Shown here one piece after another: positions 25,523-35,998 of a DNA stretch of 39,989 nucleotides. Source of the DNA: Bacteroidales bacterium (GTDB taxonomy: Bacteria; Bacteroidota; Bacteroidia; Bacteroidales; UBA4181). The number at the start of each line of letters is the position of its first letter. The first letter of the stretch is position 1. The notes under the pieces are model-generated. The model saw nothing but the letters and a program-made list of their open reading frames with translations. It was not told where the DNA came from and did no database searches. Location: NCBI GenBank assembly GCA_031259205.1, contig JAIRLS010000014.1, positions 1 through 39,989 of the forward strand. The letters run 5' to 3'. Made by a program: the position numbers and the translations under genes.

Positions 25523-27340
25523 ATGAAAAAGTATTCATTTGTCACTATACTGTTTGTCATATTTGTATCATGCGGAAAAGAAAGTTCGGATCTGTTGGAT
25601 CCGGAAACGGCAGGAATTTCCGAAACCGACGTCTTTACGGACGCCAGAAATGCCATGTTGTTCCTGAATGATATTTACGGTGATATCGTACCCGTCATTC
25701 CGCAAACAGGAAATAAGGGCATGCGCTGGCCGGGTTCCGACGCCATGCTGGAAATCACTACCGACAATGGCTCCACTAATCTCGGTTCGGGTAGTTTTAC
25801 CCTGTTCAATCAGGGAGCATGGACGCCGTTGAGTTCTAATTTTGCTACAACGGAATGGAGCAATAATTGGGTATCCATTCGTGCCTGCAACCTCTTCCTT
25901 TCACATGTGGATGATATTCCACTCAATGCCGAATATAACTTCGACAATCAGACTCGCGACATAAGGAAAGGTGAATGTCTGTTCCTGATGGCTTTCTTTT
26001 ATGAAGAGATGCTCAAACTTTTCGGCGGATTGCCGATCATTGACAAGGCTTATACTATCACCGAGGAAATGAATTTTCCACGGGCTACTTTCGACGAAAC
26101 AGTGGATTTCATCACCGGACTGTGTGATCAGGCTTCGGAACTGCTTCCTGTCGAACATCCCGATGCCGACTACGGAAGAGCCACCAAAGGCGCTGCGCTG
26201 GCCTTGAAAGCACGAGTATTGCTGTATGCTGCCAGTCCGCTATGGAACAACCCGCAGAAAACGGAAGATTCTCCTTTTCGTGGAAGATATGATAGTCAAA
26301 AATGGATAAAAGCAGCACAAGCGGCCAATGTTGTTATCGGAATGAATAAATACTGGTTGCATCCGGACATCTCCGACTTGTTTCTTACGCGCGTCAATCC
26401 CGAACTGATCTTTGTACACATGAACCAGCCTTGCAGTTGGATGACTTCCATCAGTATCCCGACGCCTCTCTGTCCTGCCGGAAGAAGCAACAAAAGTGGC
26501 TGTAATCAGGTAACTTACAACCTGATCAAGGAATATGAAATACTGAATGGAGGGCAGGCCTATTCTATCGGCGATCCCTTATCGGGTTACGATGATCAGA
26601 GTCCCTATATCAATCGGGATCCGAGATTCTATCGCGATTGTATGTTCAATGGCTCCGCCTATCAAGGTAAAACGGCGCAATTCGGAGAAGCAGATGCCGG
26701 CGTTTCCAAGCCGGAACACAACCCTTTGGAAACAAGTCCATTATATACTCATGTGTACAGTATTAAATTTGCAGACCTTACGTTGATACTCAATTTTGAT
26801 GCGCGTAATCCTGCCGCAGGTCAACGGGCCAACCAAAATTATCCCTACCTGAGGTATGCAGAAATATTGCTGAATTATGCCGAAGCCATGAACGAAGCTT
26901 ATGGCCCGGAAACCGACGGATTGGGCAATGGAAAAACCGCCCTGTGGGCAGTCAACGAAGTGCGTACACGTGCACAATATCCTGCACTTCCGGAATATCT
27001 CGGTAATACGGGAGGTATGCCTCCCATCCCTTCCGGATTAACACGCGAAGTTATGAGAGAAAAGATCCGCCACGAACGCAGGATCGAACTGGCTTTCGAA
27101 GAACATCGTTTCTACGACGTACGAAGATGGATGCTTGAACCTTCCACTCTGACCGGCATACAGGCGCAAATACCTGTATGGCAAATCGACGGGACTGCCC
27201 GTTACGAAATACGCACTATCGAAAACAGAGTATTTAACCGAAACATGTACCGTATGCCCATACCCGAACAACAGATATATAATAATCCGAACCTCATACA
27301 AAATCCGGGATGGAATTTCAGTCCGGAAAATGCGGATTGA
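25523..27340 (+). CDS. RagB/SusD-family nutrient-binding outer-membrane lipoprotein
   Basis: 605 aa. Lipobox FVSCGKE. Motifs are ALKARVLLYAASPLWN, RYAEILLNYAEAMNEAYGP and ERRIELAFEEHRFYDVRRW, with NPNLIQNPGW near the C-terminus. Confidence 0.9.
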   Translation: MKKYSFVTILFVIFVSCGKESSDLLDPETAGISETDVFTDARNAMLFLNDIYGDIVPVIPQTGNKGMRWPGSDAMLEITTDNGSTNLGSGSFTLFNQGAWTPLSSNFATTEWSNNWVSIRACNLFLSHVDDIPLNAEYNFDNQTRDIRKGECLFLMAFFYEEMLKLFGGLPIIDKAYTITEEMNFPRATFDETVDFITGLCDQASELLPVEHPDADYGRATKGAALALKARVLLYAASPLWNNPQKTEDSPFRGRYDSQKWIKAAQAANVVIGMNKYWLHPDISDLFLTRVNPELIFVHMNQPCSWMTSISIPTPLCPAGRSNKSGCNQVTYNLIKEYEILNGGQAYSIGDPLSGYDDQSPYINRDPRFYRDCMFNGSAYQGKTAQFGEADAGVSKPEHNPLETSPLYTHVYSIKFADLTLILNFDARNPAAGQRANQNYPYLRYAEILLNYAEAMNEAYGPETDGLGNGKTALWAVNEVRTRAQYPALPEYLGNTGGMPPIPSGLTREVMREKIRHERRIELAFEEHRFYDVRRWMLEPSTLTGIQAQIPVWQIDGTARYEIRTIENRVFNRNMYRMPIPEQQIYNNPNLIQNPGWNFSPENAD

Positions 27341-27353
27341 CCATGATGTAAAC

Positions 27354-27387
27354 CCCTGCAATAGAACAATATTTGCAGGGTTTTTTT
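27354..27387 (+). terminator. Rho-independent terminator of the susC/D block
   Basis: CCCTGCAA (27354..27361) pairs with TTGCAGGG (27373..27380) and is followed by T7 (27381..27387). It lies 14 nt after the stop. Confidence 0.75.
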
Positions 27388-27488
27388 ATCGAATCGAAGT
27401 TTTTTCGTTAAAGACAAAGATTCTTTCTTACATTGCATTGCCGGATATTTTTCACAGCGTCCCAAAAAAGATTTAGCCCTTTTTTCTT

Positions 27489-30400
27489 CTATTTTACCAC
27501 CGTCAGTCGCGCGCTTAGACGGTAGTCGTCCATGTCTATTTCGGGGGTGTCGGGGGCGAGGGTATCGACGAGAGCGAGGCTTACGCCCAGCGTCTGCGAC
27601 AGGATGTAGTCGCGGTGGACGGCAATGGCCGCGTCCGTTTCGGGATGGCGTTGCAGGGTGACGGCTATTTTGTCGGTCACTTCAAAACCGCTGTCTTTGC
27701 GCAGGTTTTGGATACGGTTGATGAGTTCGCGGGCGATACCTTCGAGGCGCAGTTCGTCGGTGACAGTGATGTCGAGCGCTACGGTGAGCCTGCCTTCGTT
27801 GGCTACCAGCCAGCCGGGAATGTCTTCGGAAGTGATTTCCACGTCTTCGGGCGACAGTTCCACCACTGTGCCGTCGATGGTGGCGCAGTGTGCACCTGTG
27901 CGTTCAAAATCGGAGATGTCCTGTTGCGAAAAGGCGGCTATGTGCGCTGTGACGTTTTTCATCAGCTTGCCGTATTTGGGGCCCAACGTTTTGAAGTTGG
28001 GTTTTATCTTTTTTACGAGGATACCGCCCGTGTCGGCGACGTATTCCAGTTCTTTCACGTTCACTTCATTCAGGATGAGGCGGCGCACGGCGTCCAATTG
28101 TGCCGGGAGGGTTTCGTCCAGCACCGGAACCATAATTTTACGGAGCGGCTGTCGTACGCGGATGTTCACTTTGCGTCGTAGCGCCAGCACCATCGAGGAT
28201 ATTTTCTGTGCTACGTCCATTCGGGCTTCCAGTTCGCTGTCGATGAGCGAAGCGTCGTATTGCGGGAAATCGGCAAGGTGGACGGAAACGGGATTCATGG
28301 GGTTGAGGTCGCGATACAGTTTATCCATGTAGAACGGCGCAAGGGGCGCGGCTAAGCGGGCTACGGCAGCGAGGCAGGCGTAGAGCGTCCGGTAGGCGGC
28401 TGACTTGTCGTCGTCCATTGTGCCGCGCCAGAAACGTTTGCGATTGAGGCGCACGTACCAGTTACTGAGGTTTTCGGTCACGAAGTCCTGAATGAGGCGT
28501 CCGGCACGGGTAGGTTCAAAGTCGGCGTAACATTCGTCCACTCGGCGGATGAGAGTGTTGAGCAGCGAGATGATCCACCGGTCTATTTCGGGACGCCGGT
28601 CAACGGGCGTTGGCGGTTCGTTGCCCGTGAAGCCGTCCACGTTGGCGTAGAGCGCAAAGAAGGCATAGGTGTTGTAGAGTGTTCCGAAGAATTTTCGACG
28701 GGCTTCTTCCACCCCTTCGACGTCGAATTTGAGATTGTCCCACGGTTGTGCATTGGTAATCAAGTACCATCGCAAAGGGTCGGCGCCGTATTTCTCTATG
28801 GTTGCAAAGGGGTCTACAGTGTTGCCGAGCCGTTTGGACATTTTAGCGCCGTTTTTGTCGAGTACCAAGCCTGTGGAAACGACATTTTTGAATGCTACCG
28901 ACCCGCACACCATTGCGCTGACGGCGTGGAGTGTGAAGAACCATCCGCGCGTCTGGTCAACGCCTTCCGAAATGAAGTCGGCAGGAAAAAGTCCTCCCGA
29001 AGGATCTGTCAAATCTTTATTTTCAAACGGGTAATGCCATTGTGCGAAGGGCATTGCGCCCGAGTCGAACCACACGTCAATCAGGTCGGGTTCGCGTTTC
29101 ATCGGCTGTCCTTTCGGCGAAACCAGTACAATATCGTCCACATAAGGACGGTGTAAATCTATCTTTTGATAGTTTTCTTCCGAATAATCGCCTGCCGTAA
29201 AGTCTTTGCAGGGATTTTCCTTCATAACGCCCGCTGTTATGGCGCGTTGTATTTCGGTCATCAGTTCTTCCATCGATCCGATGCACTTTTCTTCGCTTCC
29301 GTCCTCTGTTCGCCAGATAGGGAGCGGCGTTCCCCAAAAACGGCTGCGCGACAGGTTCCAGTCCTGCAAGTTTTCGAGCCATTTCCCGAAACGTCCCGAA
29401 CCGGTGGCTTCGGGTTTCCACCGGATGGTGTTGTTCAGTCGGATCATCTCTTCGCGGCAGGCTGTGGTGCGGATAAACCAAGAGTCGAGCGGATAGTAGA
29501 GCACCGGTTTGTCTGTCCTCCAGCAATGAGGGTAAGAGTGGATGTGTTTTTCGATTTTGAACGCTTTGTTTTGTTGTTTGAGCATGACGCACAAATCTAC
29601 GTCGAGCGTAGGGTCGTTTTCCGTAAGGCGCTCGTCGTAGGCGTTTTTCACGTACCGTCCGGCGTATTCGCGGTATAATGCCTCATTGACGCAGGTGCGT
29701 ACAAAATCGGCGTCAAGGTTTTCGAGGGGGAAGAAACGTCCCGACCTGTCCACCATCGGCTGTCGGTTGCCGTCCTTGTCGACGAGCAGCAGGGGAGGGA
29801 CGCCTGTCGTTTTGGCTGCGCGGTCGTCGTCGGCGCCGAAGGTAGGCGCTATGTGTACGATGCCTGTCCCGTCTTCGGTAGTGACGAAATCGCCTGCAAT
29901 AACGCGAAAAGCGCCTGACCCCGGATTCACCCAGGGGATGAGTTGCTCGTACTCCCATCCGACAAGTTCCGCTCCTTTCCAAACGTTCGTCGTTTGATAG
30001 GGAATCAGTTTGTCGCCTTGCCGGTAAGCGTTGAGCGCCACATCTGCGGCTTTCGGGTTGAAATGAGCTGCTGCCAGATCCTTAGCCAAAACGACAACGA
30101 CGGGGCTACCCGTGTAGGGATTGTACGACCGCACGGCAACGTATTCGATGTTTGGGCCTACGCACAGCGCGGTGTTCGAAGGGAGCGTCCACGGGGTGGT
30201 TGTCCAGGCCAGGAAATAGGCCTCGCCCCAGCCTCCGGCAACGGTATGTGCGTGGGGATCTTTGATTTTGAACATTGCCGTGCAGGTGGTGTCTTTTACG
30301 TCGCGGTAGCAGCCCGGCTGGTTCAGTTCGTGGGTGCTTAGCCCGGTGCCTGCCGCAGGCGAGTAGGGTTGTATGGTGTATCCCTTGTAGAGCAGGTTTT

Positions 30401-30911
30401 TTTTGTACAATTCTTTCAGCAGCCACCACAACGTTTCGATGTAGCGGTTGTCGCAGGTGACGTAGGGGTTGCTCATGTCTACCCAATAACCCATTTTCCG
30501 CGTGAGGTCTTCCCATTCGCGGGTATACTTCATCACCTCGCGGCGGCAGGCGGCGTTGTAGTCCTCCACCGACACGGTAACGCCGATGTCGTTTTTAGTG
30601 ATGCCCAGCGCTTTTTCTACGCCGAGTTCCACCGGCAAACCGTGGGTATCCCATCCTGCTTTGCGTTTTACCAGAAAGCCTTTTTGCGTCTTGTAACGGC
30701 AGAAAATATCCTTGATGGTGCGTGCTATCACGTGGTGAATACCCGGCATTCCGTTGGCGGAAGGCGGTCCTTCGTAGAATACAAAAGACGGTTGCCCCTC
30801 GCGAGTGGCAAGGCTTTGCTCAAAGGTAAACTCTCTTGTCCACCTGTCCAGCATCTCCTGATTGACTTGATACAGGTCTAATCCCTTGTATTCGGGAAAT
30901 TTTTTCAGCAT
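27489..30911 (-). CDS. ileS: Isoleucine--tRNA ligase (long, ~1140-aa form)
   Basis: ORF track 27489..30944. Start trimmed to ATG 30911 (MLKKFPEYKGLDL), because the -7 box at 30934..30941 lies inside the longer ORF. The HIGH-type motif is PSANGMPGIHHVIAR and the KMSKS motif is KMSKRLGN. Confidence 0.95.
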   Translation of the reverse strand: MLKKFPEYKGLDLYQVNQEMLDRWTREFTFEQSLATREGQPSFVFYEGPPSANGMPGIHHVIARTIKDIFCRYKTQKGFLVKRKAGWDTHGLPVELGVEKALGITKNDIGVTVSVEDYNAACRREVMKYTREWEDLTRKMGYWVDMSNPYVTCDNRYIETLWWLLKELYKKNLLYKGYTIQPYSPAAGTGLSTHELNQPGCYRDVKDTTCTAMFKIKDPHAHTVAGGWGEAYFLAWTTTPWTLPSNTALCVGPNIEYVAVRSYNPYTGSPVVVVLAKDLAAAHFNPKAADVALNAYRQGDKLIPYQTTNVWKGAELVGWEYEQLIPWVNPGSGAFRVIAGDFVTTEDGTGIVHIAPTFGADDDRAAKTTGVPPLLLVDKDGNRQPMVDRSGRFFPLENLDADFVRTCVNEALYREYAGRYVKNAYDERLTENDPTLDVDLCVMLKQQNKAFKIEKHIHSYPHCWRTDKPVLYYPLDSWFIRTTACREEMIRLNNTIRWKPEATGSGRFGKWLENLQDWNLSRSRFWGTPLPIWRTEDGSEEKCIGSMEELMTEIQRAITAGVMKENPCKDFTAGDYSEENYQKIDLHRPYVDDIVLVSPKGQPMKREPDLIDVWFDSGAMPFAQWHYPFENKDLTDPSGGLFPADFISEGVDQTRGWFFTLHAVSAMVCGSVAFKNVVSTGLVLDKNGAKMSKRLGNTVDPFATIEKYGADPLRWYLITNAQPWDNLKFDVEGVEEARRKFFGTLYNTYAFFALYANVDGFTGNEPPTPVDRRPEIDRWIISLLNTLIRRVDECYADFEPTRAGRLIQDFVTENLSNWYVRLNRKRFWRGTMDDDKSAAYRTLYACLAAVARLAAPLAPFYMDKLYRDLNPMNPVSVHLADFPQYDASLIDSELEARMDVAQKISSMVLALRRKVNIRVRQPLRKIMVPVLDETLPAQLDAVRRLILNEVNVKELEYVADTGGILVKKIKPNFKTLGPKYGKLMKNVTAHIAAFSQQDISDFERTGAHCATIDGTVVELSPEDVEITSEDIPGWLVANEGRLTVALDITVTDELRLEGIARELINRIQNLRKDSGFEVTDKIAVTLQRHPETDAAIAVHRDYILSQTLGVSLALVDTLAPDTPEIDMDDYRLSARLTVVK

Positions 30912-30933
30912 GAATTTTTTTTTGAAAAACGCA

Positions 30934-30941
30934 CAAAGATA
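30934..30941 (-). promoter_or_regulatory. -7 promoter box TATCTTTG for ileS
   Basis: Exact TAnnTTTG match on the minus strand, 23 nt upstream of ATG 30911. Confidence 0.5.
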
Positions 30942-31060
30942 CACAAGGTATCCGAAACAGAAAAGGCGAAGTTGTTATTTTCCCTGCATGTTTACGATAC
31001 CGGCCTTTCCTGTTGGCAATTCCAGCAAGGGATTCAAGTCCCCAAAATAGCGGTTTTTGC

Positions 31061-31612
31061 TCATTCTTCCTGCGGAGAATACCGCTCAAACAGCAAAATG
31101 AGATAACCGTTTTTCAATTTGTTCATTCGTTCTTCCGTCAGAAGAACCTTTTTGGAAATGGCTTCCAAATCAAGATATTGTGGGATATCAATTGACATGA
31201 TGATCCGCTCATTGCCATTAGCCCATATTTTTGCCGATTTGATGGGAAATCCTGTAAGTTCGGCGTCATTTTTCGTAACGTTTATCGAATCTCCTGCGAT
31301 AGCATAAGTTCCGTATGAGAGCGATCCGGGATTGTCGGCAGACGTACTGTACACATTGATATTGCTGCCTGTAAACTCTATTATGTTCGCAAAATCGTCG
31401 CTCACTTTATGTCGGGCGTAGTAGTACAGAACGGTGTCTACCAGTCGCTGCAATTCGACGCTGGTTCTGCCCTCCAATTCGGTACTGTACTGGCCTAATG
31501 CCCACCTGCCGAGAATAACCTCGCTTGCAGATTTCGGTTCTTCCTTGGTGCAAGAATAAAATAAAGAACCACAAACAACGGTAAAAATCAACAAAATAAT
31601 ATTTTTTTTCAT
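31061..31612 (-). CDS. Small lipoprotein, function unknown
   Basis: ORF track 31061..31882. Start trimmed to ATG 31612 (MKKNIILLIFTVVCGSLFYSCTKEE, signal peptide plus lipobox); ATG 31636 is also possible. The -7 box lies at 31666..31673. I recognise no family motif. Confidence 0.65.
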   Translation of the reverse strand: MKKNIILLIFTVVCGSLFYSCTKEEPKSASEVILGRWALGQYSTELEGRTSVELQRLVDTVLYYYARHKVSDDFANIIEFTGSNINVYSTSADNPGSLSYGTYAIAGDSINVTKNDAELTGFPIKSAKIWANGNERIIMSIDIPQYLDLEAISKKVLLTEERMNKLKNGYLILLFERYSPQEE

Positions 31613-31665
31613 TCTTATCCGAATATATTTTTTCATGTATACGTTTAAACAGTAAAAAAGTTTGG

Positions 31666-31673
31666 CAAAAATA
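31666..31673 (-). promoter_or_regulatory. -7 promoter box TATTTTTG for the 31061..31612 lipoprotein gene
   Basis: Exact TAnnTTTG match on the minus strand, 30 nt upstream of ATG 31636 and 54 nt upstream of ATG 31612. Confidence 0.4.
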
Positions 31674-31727
31674 AAAAAAATTATGTAATGTTTGGGGAAA
31701 ATATTTTCTTTGTAAAAAATTAATACT

Positions 31728-32387
31728 ATGCTAAATCTTAAAAAATTGACGGTTAAAAAAGTGGATACGGAAGCCGGCGCTTCATGGAACGAAATTAATA
31801 AATCACTGGAAGGCGTCGAATGGAATCTTGTCAATGTGGTGAATTGGAAGCAGTATGCGTACCGTCCGTGGGTGCAATTCAAACTTGCTTACAGTTCGAC
31901 CGAGTTTTTGCTGCAATACCGGGTACGTGAGAAATATATCCGCGCTGTTGCCGCTCATGACAACGGGGAGGTATGGAAGGATTCGTGTGTTGAGTTTTTT
32001 GTAACTCCTGCGGACGACGGCGCCTACTATAATTTTGAGTTTAATTGTGCGGGCGTTTGTCTGATGGCAGTCGGGACAGGCAGGAACGGAAGAGAATGGG
32101 CGCCGTTGGATTTGCTCTCCAGAGTTAGACGTTTCCCAAGTCTTGGAAGGTCTCCTTTTCAGGAACGGACAGGAGAAGTGGAATGGGATTTAACGATTGC
32201 GATTCCTTTCGGGTCTTTTTTTAAACATCCGGGTATTTTTCCTCCCAAAGAATGTTTCAAAGCCAATTTTTACAAATGCGGCGATGATTTACGCGAACCG
32301 CATTTTTTGAGTTGGCATCCTGTTGAAGCGGAAAATCCTGATTTTCACCGTCCTGAATGTTTCGGAACGGTGTGTCCGGAAAAATGA
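31728..32387 (+). CDS. Hypothetical protein, possibly carbohydrate-binding family 9-like
   Basis: 219 aa with no signal peptide. The segment DSCVEFFVTPADDGAYYNFEFNCAGVCLMAVG resembles CBM9-like proteins of Bacteroidetes as I recall them. Not verified. Confidence 0.55.
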   Translation: MLNLKKLTVKKVDTEAGASWNEINKSLEGVEWNLVNVVNWKQYAYRPWVQFKLAYSSTEFLLQYRVREKYIRAVAAHDNGEVWKDSCVEFFVTPADDGAYYNFEFNCAGVCLMAVGTGRNGREWAPLDLLSRVRRFPSLGRSPFQERTGEVEWDLTIAIPFGSFFKHPGIFPPKECFKANFYKCGDDLREPHFLSWHPVEAENPDFHRPECFGTVCPEK

Positions 32388-32446
32388 AATCCTGTCGGCG
32401 TCATTTTTGAGCCTGTCGGCAGTTTGAGGGCAGAGAAGGGCGGGTA

Positions 32447-33661
32447 TTATCCGCGGATGAACCTGTCCATTAACGTGTAGCCGTCGGCGATATAGCGGCT
32501 GGAAAGGGTGCTGTTTTTTTCCGTATATTCGGTGATGGCTTGTTGTTGTGCTTCGGTGTTCCTGAAAATGACGTAAGGCACCGGCGTGGAGGTATGCGTT
32601 CTTTTCCTTAGCGGAGTGGGATGATCGGGAAGCACCATGATGGAATAGTCTTCGCCGGAGGCGTCAAGGGCTTCCTTAATGGGAAGGACGATCTGCTGGT
32701 CGATGATTTCGATGGATTTTACCTTGTTTTCCACTTCGTGGCGATGGCCGCACTCGTCAGGCGCTTCAACGTGCAAATAAACAAAATCTTTCCCTTTTCT
32801 CAGCAACTGGTCTATTGCAGCCTGTGCCTTCCCGCTGAAATTGGAATGCATGTTGCCGGTAGCGCCCTGTACTTCAACCACTTCAAGGCCGGCACACTTT
32901 CCGATGCCCAATACCAGATCGACCGCCGAAATGACGCTTCCGGAAAGGCCGTATTTATCGCTGAAATTCGGTAAAGCCGGTCGTTTGCCTTCGCCCCACA
33001 GCCAGATAGAAGTAGCCGGTCGCAATCCGGCCTTTTTCCGGTGTAAATTGACCGGATGATCGCGAAACAGTATTACACTCTGTTCCATCAGATCGAGCAA
33101 CAATCGATCGGCCGGTCCTTTGGGAAGGTAAGATGATATTTTTTGTTCAAGAATATCATGGGGCGGCGTCAATTGATTGCCCATGATGCCATTGTTCCAG
33201 ACCATCACGTGCCGGTAACTGCGGCCGGCATGGAAATGCAAGCTGTCCGTTCCCAAATGCCGCCGGAGGGTTTTGACCAGTTCGGCCGCTTCTTCCGACG
33301 TAATTTCGTCGCTGCTGTAATCGATCATCGTTTTGCCGGCATAGGAGGTTTCATCGCTCAGGGTAACCAGATTCATGCGCAGGGTGACGTCAGTATCCGA
33401 AAGCGATATGCCCATGTTTAGCGCTTCCAGCGGCGAACGTCCGGTATAATACACTTTGGGATTATAGCCCATCACCGACAGATTGGCAGCGTCGCTTCCC
33501 GGAGGAATCCCCTCCGGAACCGTCTTCACCATGCCGAAATCGCCGTATTCCGTCAAATAGTCGATAGCCGGCTTATTGGCTACTTCAAGTGGCGTCTTTC
33601 CGCTCAATTCATCGACAGGCTCATCCGCCATCCCGTCGCCGAGTATAACAATGTATTTCAT
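32447..33661 (-). CDS. Cofactor-independent phosphoglycerate mutase-like protein (ApgM / alkaline-phosphatase superfamily)
   Basis: ORF track 32447..33712. Start trimmed to ATG 33661 (MKYIVILGDGMADEPVDEL), because a -7 box lies between the two candidate starts. It carries metal-site-like motifs (ILGDGMAD, HVEAPDECGH, LPDHPTP). Confidence 0.8.
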   Translation of the reverse strand: MKYIVILGDGMADEPVDELSGKTPLEVANKPAIDYLTEYGDFGMVKTVPEGIPPGSDAANLSVMGYNPKVYYTGRSPLEALNMGISLSDTDVTLRMNLVTLSDETSYAGKTMIDYSSDEITSEEAAELVKTLRRHLGTDSLHFHAGRSYRHVMVWNNGIMGNQLTPPHDILEQKISSYLPKGPADRLLLDLMEQSVILFRDHPVNLHRKKAGLRPATSIWLWGEGKRPALPNFSDKYGLSGSVISAVDLVLGIGKCAGLEVVEVQGATGNMHSNFSGKAQAAIDQLLRKGKDFVYLHVEAPDECGHRHEVENKVKSIEIIDQQIVLPIKEALDASGEDYSIMVLPDHPTPLRKRTHTSTPVPYVIFRNTEAQQQAITEYTEKNSTLSSRYIADGYTLMDRFIRG

Positions 33662-33678
33662 CTTGCTGAAATTTTTGA

Positions 33679-33686
33679 CAAACATA
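33679..33686 (-). promoter_or_regulatory. -7 promoter box TATGTTTG for the ApgM-like gene
   Basis: Exact TAnnTTTG match on the minus strand, about 18 nt upstream of ATG 33661. The coordinate is +/-1 nt. Confidence 0.45.
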
Positions 33687-33816
33687 ATAAAAATGTCTAT
33701 AAAGGCATTCACGCATTTGGATATTATTCCAAAGTTTACGGCAAAATATTAACATGCAGCGTATTATGCGGTCGTCTGTTCTGCCGTTTTGCAGGGGGAG
33801 GTTCACTTTTGCGCGG

Positions 33817-34764
33817 TTACTCACAGTAGGCTATTGTCCGTTTCCGGATACCGTTTAAAAAATCTTCCGTATTCATTCTCTTTTTTCCTTCCGGTTGCAG
33901 GTTTTTCACGGAAATCCATCCGTCGGAAGCAGCAATGTGCAGATATTTCCGTCCGTCTGTGCGGACGGCGGCGTTTCTTGTTTCTGTTTTATTTCCCGGC
34001 AACAGTTCTGTTTCGAAAATCTTTACCGTCGATTTTTCCCCGTCTGCGGATACGAGTGTTGTCCAGGCAGCAGGAGACGGCGAGAGGCCTCTGACGAGAT
34101 GATGTATCTTTACCGTATTTTCATCCCAGTTGATTTTACAGGTTTCCCTGAAAATTTTCGGAGCGGATTTCAGGAAGGTTGCCGATTTTTGGGGTATTGT
34201 ACTGAAATTTCCCTTTTCGATAACGCCGATTGCTTCCACCAGATGACGGGCGCCGCTGTTCATCAGTTTGTCGTGCAAACTGCCTGCGTTATCTTCCGGA
34301 AGAATGTCTTCTTCTTTGTAAGACAATATATTGCCCGTGTCTATTTCCTTGTTGATGAAGAAAACTGTAGTTCCTGTCCGGGTTTCACCGTTGATTATCG
34401 CCCAGTTGATGGGGGCTGCTCCTCTGTATTGCGGCAGCAGGGAGGCGTGAAGGTTGACGGCGCCTAAGGGCGGTATCTGCCATACAATTTCCGGCAACAT
34501 TCGAAAAGCCACTACTACAAACAAGTCTGCATGAAAAGCCTTCAGTTGGGCAATAAAATCGGCATCTTTCAGATTTTCAGGCTGCAGGACGGGTAGATTA
34601 CGGGATTTAGCGAATTGTTTGACGTCTGTTTCCCTTATTTTTAGACCTCTTCCCGTCGGTTTATCCGGCGTTGTGACTACTGCCGCTATTTCTATTCCCG
34701 AACGGAAGATAGCCTCCAATGAAGCTACGGCAAATTCGGGCGTTCCCATGAAGATGATGCGCAT
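33817..34764 (-). CDS. fmt: Methionyl-tRNA formyltransferase
   Basis: 315 aa. N-terminus MRIIFMGTPEFAVASLEAI and the motif NLHASLLPQYRGAAPINWAIINGE. Confidence 0.95.
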   Translation of the reverse strand: MRIIFMGTPEFAVASLEAIFRSGIEIAAVVTTPDKPTGRGLKIRETDVKQFAKSRNLPVLQPENLKDADFIAQLKAFHADLFVVVAFRMLPEIVWQIPPLGAVNLHASLLPQYRGAAPINWAIINGETRTGTTVFFINKEIDTGNILSYKEEDILPEDNAGSLHDKLMNSGARHLVEAIGVIEKGNFSTIPQKSATFLKSAPKIFRETCKINWDENTVKIHHLVRGLSPSPAAWTTLVSADGEKSTVKIFETELLPGNKTETRNAAVRTDGRKYLHIAASDGWISVKNLQPEGKKRMNTEDFLNGIRKRTIAYCE

Positions 34765-34774
34765 GTCGGGGGTG

Positions 34775-35998
34775 TTATCGGTTTTTTACTAATTCCAGCG
34801 TGTGTCCCATTTTGTCGTGTTTGGTCTGCAAGTATTTTCGGTTGTGTTCGTTGGGCGGCACTTCTATGGCCACGTTTTCCACGATGTGGAGGCCGTAGCC
34901 TTCCAGTGCGATTCTTTTCACCGGGTTGTTGGTCATCAGTCGGATATGCCCCAGTCCCAGTTTGTGGAGGATACCGGCGCCGACGCCATAATCGCGTTCA
35001 TCGGCTTTAAAACCGAGGTCAATATTGGCTTCTACCGTATCGCGTCCTTTTTCCTGCAATCGGTAAGCGGCCAGTTTATTGAACAGTCCTATGCCGCGTC
35101 CTTCCTGACTGAGATAAACGACCACGCCTTTGCCTTCCTTTTCGATCATGCGTAAGGCCTGATGCAATTGATCGCCGCAATCGCAACGGTAGGAGCCGAG
35201 AATGTCGCCCGTGAGACAGGAGGAATGAACTCTCACCAGCACCGGTTCGTCTTTTCGCCATGTTCCCTTGATGATCGCCAAGTGTTCCAACTCGTTGGAT
35301 ATCTGGATAAACGGGATGACTTCAAAATTGCCGTATTTGGTGGGCAGCTTCACCCTGTCGCCCATTTTTACGATGGATTCCCTTTCCAGCCTGTATTTGA
35401 TGAGGTCTTCGATAGAGATGATTTTCAGGTCGAAGGCGTCGGCGATTTTCATCAGTTGCGGCAGGCGTGCCATGGTTCCGTCTTCGTTGAGTATTTCCAC
35501 CAGTGCTCCGCCGGGTTGCAGCCCTGCCAGCCGTGTCAGGTCGACAACGGCCTCGGTGTGTCCGGGACGTCGCAGGACTCCCTTTTCGCGTGCGCGTAAC
35601 GGCGAGATATGTCCGGGGCGTCCGAGATCTTCGGGGCGGATATCGCTGTCCACCAATGCGCGGATGGTTTTGGCGCGATCGACCGTTGAAATGCCTGTCG
35701 TACAGCCATGTCCAATCAAATCGACCGACACGGTAAAAGGCGTTTCGTGAAGGGATGTATTGTTATTCACCATCATGTTGAGATCCAACTCTTCGCAACG
35801 TTTTTCCGTCAGAGGGGCGCACAACATTCCGCGTCCGTGCGTCACCATGAAATTGACGATTTCCGGAGTGATGGTTTCCGCCGCACAAATGAAATCGCCT
35901 TCGTTTTCGCGGTTTTCGTCGTCCACCACGATAATGACTTTGCCGCTACGGATGTCATTGATCGCTTCTTCAATCGTATTGAGTTTATTTTTAGTCAT
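34775..35998 (-). CDS. ribBA: Bifunctional 3,4-dihydroxy-2-butanone-4-phosphate synthase / GTP cyclohydrolase II
   Basis: 407 aa. DHBP-synthase half: [33 protein letters not shown] half: [36 protein letters not shown]. Confidence 0.95.
   Translation of the reverse strand: MTKNKLNTIEEAINDIRSGKVIIVVDDENRENEGDFICAAETITPEIVNFMVTHGRGMLCAPLTEKRCEELDLNMMVNNNTSLHETPFTVSVDLIGHGCTTGISTVDRAKTIRALVDSDIRPEDLGRPGHISPLRAREKGVLRRPGHTEAVVDLTRLAGLQPGGALVEILNEDGTMARLPQLMKIADAFDLKIISIEDLIKYRLERESIVKMGDRVKLPTKYGNFEVIPFIQISNELEHLAIIKGTWRKDEPVLVRVHSSCLTGDILGSYRCDCGDQLHQALRMIEKEGKGVVVYLSQEGRGIGLFNKLAAYRLQEKGRDTVEANIDLGFKADERDYGVGAGILHKLGLGHIRLMTNNPVKRIALEGYGLHIVENVAIEVPPNEHNRKYLQTKHDKMGHTLELVKNR

Noticed and set aside
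31028-31044. tRNA T-arm-like string AGGGATTCAAGTCCCCA in the ileS upstream region, a possible tRNA 3' fragment or att scar.
   Set aside because: Only 3 of 5 stem pairs form. No acceptor stem or rest of a cloverleaf is present, and no integrase or repeat partner is nearby. Most likely a chance resemblance.
32391-32420. Direct repeat CCTGTCGGC (twice, 21 nt apart), each followed by TTTGAG, between the convergent CBM9-like and ApgM-like genes.
   Set aside because: Only two short units with no hairpin or terminator features. Probably a small duplication with no evident function.
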